Positions 11,708-23,765 of a DNA stretch of 64,000 nt are shown here, one piece after another. The notes beneath the pieces were generated by a model that saw nothing but the letters and a program-made list of their open reading frames with translations, had not been told where the DNA came from and ran no database searches. The position numbers were made by a program, and so were the translations under genes. The DNA comes from Octopus sinensis (lineage: Eukaryota): positions 126,294,001 through 126,358,000 of the forward strand of contig NC_043000.1 in assembly GCF_006345805.1 (NCBI RefSeq). Direction: 5' to 3'. Numbering within the stretch: position 1 is the stretch's first letter; every line of letters starts with the position of its first letter.

Positions 11708-14700
11708 TTATAATGCATAACAGTACAGTTAAGATAAAATTTGTTCAGGACGCTCAGTTTCAGTATAGCCAAGAGAGGAGGTTTAAAATTATTTTCACTA
11801 TCTTAAAATAATGGGAATTCTAACTCCATGGTCAGTATGGAAGTATTAATAATGCATCACTAACAGTCTGAATGTGAAAGAAAGAATTCACGCAGATTAC
11901 AAGGCCCATTCAAATGACAAGATTCAAACTCTCTCATCTTGAAACCACATAGATGAGCAAGGAACAAAGATTTTGTTTTCCTCAATTGATGCAAAGAGTA
12001 CATATTGGCAAGTTTGCTTCAATGAAAACTAAAATTATCATCATCATCATTTAACGTCCATTGTTGGACAGTTTAACTGGACTGGCATGCTGGAAGGCTT
12101 AAAATTATGGATGTAATAAATATAAACAATGATTTTCAACAAGGTAAATATTTTTCAGAAGGGCCTTGAAAACAACAGCACTATTTTCAGTTTTGTATGG
12201 AGTCTATAATGAAGAGAATTAATAGTATAATTATCTCTCAGGATGTCATACTCCTGCTAATCCTTACAATGTTTTAATGAGTAGTACAGGTACAACATTG
12301 ATTTCCTAGAACCTTTGGTTCCACAGTCTTTCTAGATAACTGATTTTTCCAAAACAGGGAGAGCTCCTTGGTCAACACACTCTAAATTAAACAAATATTA
12401 AATTTACCTAAAAAAAATTAAATGAAATACAAGTACCTGTACATTAGTATAAATGATACAAGTTTATTGATACTGTACTGTGCAAAGTACCAGTAGATTA
12501 GTCTGGTGGCTGTGGGAAATTGAAGTGCCTGTTCATAAATTAATGCAGATTATAAACGGTTCTGGACCATCAGTGTCTAGAAAGTTGGTGTTGTATCTAC
12601 CTGTACAATATCAGCATCTAGGAGGTACTGAATCTCAAAAGAGATTTAGGAGCAACAAAGATATGACTAACACAATTTATGTTTTCCAGATGGAATCATG
12701 TTATATTTAATATTCTAAATAGTTATTTCATTTTATTTTCTATTCTTTTATTAATATAGGATAAGGGGGAATAAAATATGATTGCTGTTTCCATCAACAA
12801 AACAGTTTTGATATGCCACTTGGTAAATGGCATATCAAAACTTTTAACCACTATACAAATATAAATGATGTCAACTCCTGATATTGGATTACCTAACCTA
12901 GTTTCAATTATCCACGCCCTCAATTTACAGAGCTAAATAAGGACAGCATTTGTGTTAAACTTCATTTTAATTTTATATCAAACTTGAGTCAAATTTGTCT
13001 TTTACTTCTCTGGAAAGGCCATCAAATTAACTACCAAATTCCCTTCCACAAACGTATTTCGGTACAGGGTGAGTAGAAATCAAAATTAAAGTAGACAAGG
13101 TCTTTAAAAAAAAACAAGAAATAATTTATTAGCAAGAACTGTTTAAATCGTCAACTAGTAATATCAAATAAACATTGTCCTCGTTGTCACCGTCTTAGTA
13201 TCTATACCTGTGTTGAGAAGAGTTGGAGTGACCTACTAGGTTTATCATTCAACATTATCTTGTTTGTGTGGGCCCCAATATCCTTAGTACCGACCTCATC
13301 ACTGCTCTTCTGACACAGGTATTTTCTATTGTAAGCACATCACATATTTTCACTCTACAGGTGAATGTACCCTAATAGTATACATTAAATATGCACCACT
13401 CATGTAAACACCAGTTCATACTTTTTAACGAGCAGCAGCTTTTACTAATAGATCAGCAGAGAAAGAATATGAAAAATCAACGACTCCTAATTTTGAATTC
13501 GACTATTCTAGCGGATTCAGCAACAGAGAGTGGAATATTTTCTAATATGAAAATTATAGAGCGCTTGTTTTCTAATATCAACATAACTATTAAAATAAAA
13601 ACATTAACGGGGTGAATGAAAAAGAGTATTTTAGGAAGACTTGCTAATTAATTTTTTTTAAAAAGTCAAATATAATAAGATAAATTATCTGCAATTCATT
13701 ATTATTATTATTAAGACTATTTCTTCCTAATTTTTGTTTTTGTGTTTCACAGGAAGTTAAAACAAATTAAAAATTATAACCTGTTATATCAGAAATTTAG
13801 AACAAAGAAAATTGAATTTTCTTTACTTATGTACAGCGTTTAATAATTGTTTGGATATACGTACATAATACAAATGACGACGACAAGTGGAGGGGAAGCA
13901 TTCAACAGAGCAACGATATACTCTCTCAAAATATGCATATATATTAAATTGTTCCTAATGACAGGTGTTATATAATTTCATAGCCATATCACACGAATAA
14001 GACTACCCTACTAACTACTATATCATAAGCTGCTGTTTAGAATTACAGTAGAACGTTTACGTTATACAATGTTTAGGATAATGTCGACGAGTATAGATTA
14101 AATAAGTATCCATCCAGCTGGTTGTAAACATTCCCCCAAGGTCCCTATCATATGGTGGGGTGGAGGGCGTAGACTGAATAGGTGACGAATAAAGTACCAT
14201 GTTTAATAACATTAAGTAGGTTTAAAACTTGTTCAACACCATGACAAAAGACCCCAATTATATCAATGCAAACTCAATCTTGTTTTAAGAGGAAGAAGGG
14301 ACAAGAAATTACACTTAAATATATATGAGGCTGGTATTCGTCAATTTGAGATTCACTGGTTTAAGATGACAACAGTAAACAAGAGTTCGAGTCTCAAGAT
14401 GAAAGTATTTTCTGTTATGAGTTTGTATTTTATGCGAGTCAGTTTTATAAGAAAAGATAAAGTTTCTTAGAGGTTAGCTAAGAAGAAATACAGATACACG
14501 TGAAGAATATTTTAGAAAGGTATATATATAATAGGTTAAAGAACGAACATTTGATAATATTAAATGACTCCAGAATGAGCAGACCTATGACGAAAGAAGC
14601 ACTTTAGGCATGGCAATTTCGTTTTATTTTCGTTTTCAGGTTGTAGACTATAAAATGTGCCCTTGTAACTTTTGTCTTTGGGGGTGGGTGGAGGGACAGA

Positions 14701-15883
14701 AAGAGGGATTTGTTACTATTTCTAACAGGTCGAGCGGCTGCGTGGAGGACCTTTCGTTGGCTCGCATGACTAAAATATTAAGCGTCTGCAATTCAGTTTC
14801 ATCCATTTCTGATTAAAATCGTGTTTTACTTACACAACCGATTCAACAAAATTATAATAGATGTAACATTTTCAATTTTATAACTGATTAGTCATCTTGT
14901 TTTTTTTTTTATATATATATATTATTACGATATTCAATATATTCGGCTCTTTAATATTTAGTTTCTTCGATGATTCTAATTGAAATTATGAGTAGTATCA
15001 CACATTTCCTGCATTTGTATCAATATTTTCACAATACAAAAATATATTTAAGATTATTAAAAGCTACACCGACTTACGTCGCTACCAGAAGTTCATTATG
15101 CTAACACGAATATGAAAATCTATTTTATAAACACACTGAGTTGTGTACATCTGTATACATTACAACATCAGGCAATAGAAATAATTCGGATTTAAGATGT
15201 AAAAATTATTACGAGTTGATCGACAAAAAAAAAAAAAAGGTTAATGTAACGTATCGATGTGTTCAAGATAAATGGTGAAATGAATATAATACTGAATCGT
15301 GAACAATGTACACTATACACTAATAAACAACCACGCCTTACATTGGATGCACATTATAAGGCTGCTCACTAACAATATAAACACAAGGAAGCAAATATAA
15401 ACGTAAATACGAAGTTTCAATAATAAACCATTGAAATTAAATCACAGAGGCAGAAGGAATAGTTTAAATATGGAAAGAGAACATCGAATAAGAAATATAT
15501 TTAGAAGTGTTTGTTTGCAAACTCGTTAATGTTTACAGCGTAAATAGATTAACCATATGACTGAATTTCACAAATTTAACTTCAGTAGGAGAGGGTAATA
15601 TTAGGGAGGATACGTTTAATACATACGCAGCACATAAAAATACGGGCGTGTGTGTTTTAGTGTAATAAATGTTTTCATTTTTGATTAATAATGAAAAACA
15701 GAGGAGGTTTTATTTCCATCACGAGTCGTCTTCTCCTCAAGCCCTGAACGATTTTAAACTTGTACAGACAAGGCATTTAATAGCCACAAATTAATTGGGT
15801 TAATTAGTTGTTGCTATTGCGTTTTTAAGAGAAACATAAAAAATTCCTATAACGATTAAAGAAAAAAGCCAAATTATACACAC

Positions 15884-16135
15884 CTCTTCGTGTATACTCT
15901 TGTTATTCTTCAAATCTTGTAAGAATTTCTCTTCTTGTTCCTGACACTTGTTGTCAACACTGCGTTTAAATCGTGTTTGCGAATGACTGTGCTCATATTT
16001 TGAGGCTGAAATGTCTCTTTTTTCCATGTGAATAACCTCCCGAGCTTTTACATGGTTATAGACAAGAAAAACAAACAAAAGGAGAAAGAATCGTTGGTAA
16101 GGTGATGCAAAATGACGAGCCAGTACCGACGCCAT
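15884..16135 (-). CDS. SORT1: Coding exon 1 of sortilin-like Vps10p-domain receptor: signal peptide, propeptide, furin site, start of mature domain
   Basis: MASVLAR...FFLLLFVFLVYNHVKA signal peptide. RFKR|SVDNKCQEQEEKFLQDLKNNKSIHEE parallels human RWRR|[25 protein letters not shown] (recalled). Donor GAG|gtgtgt, phase 0. Confidence 0.85.
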
Positions 16136-16450
16136 TCTGAAGATCGCTACTGTTAACCTCTCCTATGTCAGAAGATACAAATAAACTGGGACAGTTATTT
16201 GTATCATGTGACTTGAGTGCAAAAACGAAAGAGCGACTCGTTTATCTGTCAAAAGCACGTGTTTGGTGTATGCTTGTTGCTGAGTGCAGCGGAAAAACTT
16301 TATTAGTTTGTTTCACGATTTTCCTATCGTGTTCTCATATCAACACGCAATCTCTCGCCTCTTGTATTTAAAAAAATATTTCTGTGCGACTCTCTTCGGA
16401 TTTCCTGTCTTGTTTCCTTAATAACAGCATTGATTTCTGAAATAAACTTG
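16136..16450 (-). promoter_or_regulatory. Probable 5' UTR / proximal promoter of the sortilin-like gene
   Basis: Unique, repeat-free, CpG-retaining sequence directly upstream of the ATG; TSS cannot be located. Confidence 0.5.
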
Positions 16451-19400
16451 GAAAAAGGTTACATATTTTATGAGAGTGAGATATATTAATCATATTAACT
16501 ACAGTGTTAGTTGATACTACTTATTTTATCGACCTTAGTACGATGAAACTTAAAATTGGCCTTGGCTGGATTCGTATTGAACCCAGAAGTATAAAAGTAA
16601 AGTCGCCTCACAAAGTTCTTTGCTTTTTTGTTTTGCTTACTCAGTACGTAGTTCCGTAACCAAATACTCAGATAAAGAGAGCATCATAAAGACAGATCAC
16701 AGAAAGTGTGTATGTGGGATACACAGAATGCAAATAAGGTACAAAAAATAAACAATAATTAACAACAAATCAAATAAAATAAAATCCTCCTGATACAAGA
16801 GGACTTTCAGCTAGGTCTAATTAAGGTATCCCACAGTTTCAAGACCACTTTGATCATTAGGGGCATGTACCCTGTCATTCTTCGATCTCTAGGTACGCTT
16901 TGTGTGGTATAGTTAACTCCTGCCATTCTGTAACTGTCACCCACTTTTTAACAAATTTACTTGAGGTGAGCACACCCTTCTCTACCTTTCCCTTCCTTTC
17001 CAAGTGGACTGTTGACCTAGGCAGGATGAGTGATCACTGTCAAGAAATAAACACATCCTTGCACGCTGCTGTCTCTGCTCGAACTGCCCGCACATGCTTC
17101 CTGCCCACTCATGTCCCGTGGCTGTTCCACTGGCCTCTGCAGTCTTCACTTTCGTCTACCTCATCTGCAATCCTCTCCACCAACACCACATAGCTCATCA
17201 CAGCCCATAATACCACAAACACCACAACTTGACCAAAAACAAAAACATCTGCCTTCAGTCCTTTCAGCCTCCTTTACCACACAACCTCTTTTATCATATA
17301 TTACCAGAAAGAACACTACCTGACCTTCTTGTTTAAAGGAGGGTTGAAGAGCAATTTTCACAATTCAGCTGATAGTCGGATCTGTCCTACCTGCAACAAT
17401 AACTGTTTGATATAACTCCACAAGTTGGTAATGCATAGATACTAAATTGTATGCCAAATGATATCATTGCTTTGCATGTATTCAAGATGGTCCTAGCTGA
17501 TGGCACTTGTATGCCTGTAGAGTTTATCTTGAATTGGTAGTACCATTCAGTAGCGCTAGCAGGCCAAGGATTTATGGAAGTCTTTGTAGTCCTTGGCCTA
17601 AAGTTCTCTAGAACAGACAAGTCAGTTCATCCTTGTTGTTATTCAGAACCCTCCCTGAGAACATTGTTATTCTTCCCTGTCACTAATCCCCTATGAATTA
17701 CAAACATGGAACCTCCACTGACTGTATTGCATGGCAAGGAGGAGTAAACATCTCACAACATTCCACACATGCTCAGACATAGTATATGCTTCACTCAGAA
17801 CATCAACTTCACTGAAGAGATGAGCTACAGAAAGATATGCCTTACAAATGGAGATGTATCTACTCACCATCTGGGAATTTTTGTAGAAATTGCAACCCCA
17901 GCATATTCCCTCTCTCTCTCTCAGAGAGGCACAAGCACCTACACACACATATACACACATGGCAGTAACTTCCGCCTACCAAATTCAATCACAAAGCATC
18001 AGTCGACATGAGAATATTGACAGCAGATGGATTGTCTGACTAGTGGAACACATCCCTTTCACAAGAAGCAGCTAAAAACTGGGGCAAGTCATGATGATCA
18101 ATTGGTAAATTATGACAGAAACAATGTATTGATAAATGTTTGCCATCTCTGCTGTCTTTTCAAGGATAGCATCCTCTCAGCCCATTTCTGGGTCAAACTA
18201 GCTACCTTGCTTGTGACCACATCTCAGTTTCCATCTGCCTAGCAGTCCAGAATGATCCATATCCTGAACAGTTTAACCAGTCTTTCAATCTAACACTCCA
18301 TGACGCTGTCTGATTGGCATGGACTTGTCTCACCAGGTGTTAAGCTACAAGCCCACTGACTTGCATGAGTTAATCTGTACCATCTGCTATTATCTCATAT
18401 TCTTCTAGAACTGTGTCAACCAGCCTCATTTGTGTTGTGTCTGACACTTTAACTGTAGTGTCATTTGCAGATACTAACACAAAACCTCCCATGTCTCATT
18501 TTGAAAGGGATAAGTGGCTGAAATAAGGTTATTCTGAAGGATCTCCCTAGCAACATTACTCAACAGGGTGCATAGCTCAGATATCAGGGAGCCATTCCAG
18601 GTCAAGCTGCAATTGGTTGCTTGACAACCGATGCTGGTGTATTTCGTCCCTGTAACTTAGCAGTTTGGCAAAAGAGACCAATAGAATAAGTACTAGGCTT
18701 ACAAAGAATAAGTCCTGGGGTCGATTTGCTCGACTAAAGGCGGTACTCCAGCATAGCCACAGTCACATGACTGAAACAAGAAAAAGAGAGTAAAGAGTAT
18801 ATATATGCGCGTGTGCGTGTGTGTGCATAAGTTATTTGTAACAGGAACCACAGATGGCCAATAGAAAAAGTTCTTTGAAAGCCTTATGCAGTATAAAGGA
18901 AAACAATAGCATTATGTATCCAATGGAAATAGTGAGTTCACAAACTCTCTGTTGGAATCCTAACTTAAGGTGCAACAGCTGGACTGGAATAGCTACCAAC
19001 ATGAGCAGGCATATGATATGATAAAAGTATATGAAGGGCTATTGAGTGACCGAGTGACAACTTGGAAAGACAGGTTTGGTTATTTAGCTGATATATATAT
19101 GCTACACAGAAGGGGGTGGGGGAGGTCAATTGATAGCATTGTGTCTCAGATCTGAGGATGGGAGGGAAATCTTGTGAAACTTCTAACTTCATTGGCAACA
19201 AAATTCTCTCTTCTCAAAAGCCAAGTATAGACTTTGTGAGGCATTTCATAGAAGGGAGATGCAATTATGTTTGTTACCGCTATGATTATTGTTGTTTAAA
19301 TTGTTTTGTCAGCATTATTGTCATTATCATCATCCTCATCATCATTTTACATCTGTTTTCCATTATGGAACAGTTTAGACTATTAGACAGGCTCCAACAA

Positions 19401-20666
19401 ACCAGAGGACCATATCATACTCCAATATCTCACTTTTGGCATGGCTTCTATGGCTGGATAACTTTCCTAAGTGCAACAACTTTACAGAGTGTAATATGTG
19501 TTATTTTTCATGGCATCACCATTAAAAAGACTGCCATGCAGTCGACAAGACTAAAAGCCGCTCTGAAATCTTGCACTGTCTCTACTCAGTTCTTTATGAA
19601 CCATTTGCAGAGTGTACTGTGTGCTTTTTGTAGCACCAGCATTGGTGGGTTTGTTTTGTAATGTGCAAGACAAAAGACAGCAACTTCTCTCACTGCATGC
19701 TGGATTGATTTAGTGGTGTGAGAGGATAGCAGTGGAGAGAATAACTGAAGGAACTGTATTTGAGGATGGGGGTAGTAATGGTTGTCATATTTAGGTTGTG
19801 AAAGTTGAAACACTTAATAAGAATAAGTTGAGTAGTGCTTTCCAGATATAATATGTATGTGTATGTGTGTGTGTGTGTACAGTTTTAACTTGAAAGAATT
19901 ATTGAGCACAAGCAAACTGATGAAAATGTGTGGTGAATTAGTACAGGTAACAATGAAGGAAAGATATGATGGTTTGGGTATGTTACACAAATGTATGGTT
20001 TTCATTATTTGGTTGCAGAGCTACCCATAGCAGGCATGTTAATTCTTCTAAAGTTCTCATTGATAAGGCACCAAAACCCACAACCTACCCAAATCATGCC
20101 ACTTTTTGTAATGACCTACTGACTATGATTGTAATCACATTCATTATGTCTATAGCAGACACTGCCATAGTGATCACAACAACCCAAACCGTGACAGACA
20201 CAACCATGACAACATTCCTTCATGACAACCAAGACAACTATAATCATAATGGGTCTTGGCAACCAGAATCAATGACACAAATATGACCAAGACTATAATG
20301 ATTGTGGGGACTGAAATAAATTATAAAATATATTGTACTGGATACTGCAATATTGATATTGGTGATGATAATGGCATATCTCTGTGTAAGATGTATTCAA
20401 ATATACATACATACATACACATGCATGTCTAGATATGCAACTATATGCATGAGAATACATACATAAAACATACAAATCTGCACATACATACATACATGCA
20501 TATATACATACAAACAAAAATACTCTGTTGTTGATGTTGAAATTCCAATGAAGGAGCCTTGGATCTAGGTTAGAAACCGATTCTTTCTCTATTGGCAAGA
20601 GATCTTGAAATAAACTGAATAATGACATACATAATATATATATTTTAGAGTGTGCTTTTAACTGAA

Positions 20667-20698
20667 CTTATATATATATATATATATACATTATATAT

Positions 20699-20756
<58 letters not shown>

Positions 20757-20840
20757 GAGTTCATATATATATATATATATATATATCAGGAGTTCATATA
20801 TATATATATATATATAATATATATATATATATATCAGGAG

Positions 20841-20876
<36 letters not shown>

Positions 20877-21040
20877 CCCTCCACGATGGTGGAGTTACGA
20901 TTTCAGGAGGACGATTGGGATCACGTGGATGAGAAAGGCGCGATCCAGAGAGGAGTGGACAGCGTGCTGTGACCAGTGGTGTCAAATAGACGCTCGATGG
21001 ACTGGTCGGTCAAGGTGATATATATATATATATATATATA
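20667..21040. repeat. (TA)n microsatellite with three interspersed tcaggagttca units
   Basis: Direct reading; units at about 20753, 20786, 20834. Confidence 0.9.
20875..21018 (+). mobile_element. Short 5'-truncated RTE-like LINE 3' end embedded in (TA)n
   Basis: Open frame PPRWWSYDFRRTIGITWMRKARSREEW...SR* resembles the RTE C-terminal GRPPxRW...W..AxDRxxW; GC/CpG-rich island inside the TA tract. Confidence 0.65.
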
Positions 21041-21519
21041 TTGGTCAGTTTTTCATAAGTCAAAAAAAAACACACTAAAAAATTATGAGAAGCAGTAATA
21101 TTTTATAAAGCCTTTAATTATGGCTGGTCACAAAATTACCATTGGTATATTATTGCTCTTAGTAATATAGGCAACCCATGAGACCTGCTGGATGGAGGCA
21201 CATAACTTCTTTACTAATGAGGTAAGAATACAGTCTTGGTCAGCAAGGTTGTGAAAAAGACATCTGAATGAAATTCTTAAAAGTGGAAACCACTTCTGGG
21301 TGAGATGGAGTTATCTCACTTTGAACAGTTCCAGTTGTGTCCGAAAAGGATCAGTTTATTTACAATTTCTGTTCCCTTGTCAGCAAGTGGGAAAGTCCAT
21401 GTTGTGAACATGAATTTTCACTCATGAGGGCACAACTAAATATATAACTTTTGGAATTTAAAAAGGCCCCTGGATCAAGTGAAGTTTTTGGGATCCTTGC
21501 CCACTTGGCTAAGCAAAGC

Positions 21520-21650
21520 TTGCATCATCTGCTCCCATCGAGGGGTTCCAGGGTATTCCAGAAGCTTCCATTTAATTCTGTATGGCATTCTTCCTTCTTT
21601 TAAATACCATATGTAGTTAGCCAGAGATGTAACATTGCACCTATCTGTTA
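21520..21650 (-). mobile_element. Degraded Penelope-like element C-terminal fragment
   Basis: TSLANYIWYLKEGRMPYRIKWKLLE resembles the TxLSxYIWxLK...IxWxIL motif of PLE GIY-YIG C-termini. Confidence 0.45.
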
Positions 21651-22261
21651 TGATGATACTATCATAATAAAAATATGATGATGATTTCCAATTTTGGCAT
21701 GAGGCCAGCAATTTCAGGGGTGGGGTAAGTTAATTACAATGCTCCTAGTGCTCAACTGGTACTTATCAATGCAGAAAGGATGAAAGGCAAAATTGACCTC
21801 AGCAGAATTTGAACTCAGAAGATAAAGACAGATGAAATGCCACTAAGCCTTTTGCCCAATGTGCTAATGATTCTGTCAGCTCACCACTTTAATAATAATA
21901 ATAATCCTTTCTACTAAAGGTACAAGGTCTGAAATTTGGCGGGAGAGGACTAGTCGATTACACTAACCCCAGTGTTTCACTGGTACTTATTTTATCGATC
22001 TTGAAAGGATGAAAGGCAAAATTGACCTTAGTGGAATTTGAACTCAGAATGTAGTGATGGGCGAAATACGGCTAAGCATTTTGTCTAGTGTGCTAACAAT
22101 TCTGGTAGCTCACTGCTTTAATAATAATAATAATAATAATAAGGGTGGCCGAAAGCCATAGAAACACTAATATGGGCCAGTTTAGCAACGGGGAAAAATA
22201 ACTCTCAAAGACTGGAACATCTACAATACCTCGTGAGTATTTGAAATTCTCTTCAAAGTGG

Positions 22262-23151
22262 GTTAAGAAATTTACAAATTTACATATCTGCAGCTTTCAA
22301 ACATACATCCGATCGGCTTTAAAAACTTTAATACCCACAACTGCCTCTGTAAGCACCCTTTTTTTTTCTTCTCTCTAAAAACATCACACTTGTCTTTTTG
22401 TGGACTTGCAAAACCCTAAAACTTTCTATGAAAATCTGACTTTTCTTTGCTTCCTCCCAGAATATTCAAATATAAATGTAAACATATACTTTTTATTGCA
22501 AAAACACACCTGTTCTACTAACTGGACATACAAACATCTCTAAAGGGGTCAACTTCAACCTCCACAATATTACCTTGCACGAAATATACAAACACTTTTT
22601 ATTGCAATAACACAAACGCACATGGAAAAAATAATGATGCTAAGATTCTCTCTGGTCGAACACAGCTTCTCTATTCACAAATAATACAGAACAGCCCTTC
22701 GAAATAAGTTAAGAAAATTTACAAATTTACATATCTACAGTTTTCAATCATACATTCGACCAGCTTTAAAAACTTTGATACCCACAATTGCCTCTGTAAA
22801 CATCCTTTTTTTTCTTCTCTCTAAAAACATCACGCTTTTCTTTTTGTGGACTTACAAAACCCTAAAACTTTCTATGAAAATCTGACTTTTCTTTGCTTCC
22901 TCCCTGAATATTCAAATATAAATGTAAACATATACCTTTTATTGTAAAAACACACCTGTTCTTCTAACTGGACATACAAACATCTCTAGAAAAGTCAACT
23001 TCAACCTCCACAATATTACCTTACATGAAATATACAAACACTTTTTATTGCAATAACACAAACGCACATGGAAAAAAAAAAATAATGATGCTAAGATTCT
23101 CTCTGGTGGAACACAACTTCTCTATTCACAAACAATACAGAACAGCCCTTC
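22262..23151. repeat. Tandem duplication of a ~445-bp AT-rich unit (22262-22700 / 22708-23151)
   Basis: Both units start gttaagaaa(a)tttacaaatttacatatct and end acagaacagcccttc; roughly 90% similar by eye. Confidence 0.9.
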
Positions 23152-23765
23152 CTTCATTTTTCTTAAGCCTAATAGTAGTAAACATCTGAACTTTTTTTGA
23201 CCAATAGCACCCCACCTAAAAAGAAAAAAATAATTAAAAAAATAAATAAATAAAAAAAAAATATCACTGATGGTGATGGTGATGATGGTGATGATGATAA
23301 TAATGATAGTAATAGTGCTGATAATCTATCTATCGACACACACACTCAAAGAGTTCAACCAACACAAACCTCACCTTAGCTCTATTGTTGAAAGTATTAT
23401 TTGACAGGCAAGAACTCTGAAGACAGTCAGCTAGCCAACCACCAAGCCAGCCAACGAGACAGACAGACACTACTGTGATGGTGATAATGATAAAAAAAAC
23501 AAAAATAACAATAATAAGATACTGCTGTGACTACACATAAAACAATATCATTGATGATGATGGTGGTGATGGTGATGGTGATGATGATAATGATGATGGT
23601 AATGGTGGTGATAATGATGATAGTGATAATAATGGTGATGATAATAACAATAATAAGCCGACTACGGCTGCTATAATGGTACGATTATAATTGTAACGGC
23701 AATGATGGCCGTCTCCCCACGAGCCAATCAAAGCTAAAAAATGATAACATTATCGTAGCACCAAA

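Noticed and set aside
12437-12700. Possible exons near 12.5 kb (ORF 12480-12710 and a minus-strand ...LMYR|gt)
   Set aside because: No protein family resemblance; exon 1 joins exon 2 without needing it.
13000-14830. Plus-strand splice-like signals (13070 gtgagt, 13752 ttcacag, 14638, 14728) and a minus-strand GTGATGA C-box near 13297
   Set aside because: No consistent open exon chain, and no matching CTGA D box or terminal stem for a snoRNA.
16800-18420. Possible very old LINE remnant
   Set aside because: Only a faint SDH-like motif; too degraded to assign.
22141-22260. HDV-like or hammerhead ribozyme at the putative 5' end of the R4-like element
   Set aside because: P1/P3 pairings and a CUGANGA core could not be built by eye.
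23270-23660. Low-complexity ORF (poly-Ser/Leu/Pro)
   Set aside because: A translation of (GAT/GGT)n microsatellite.
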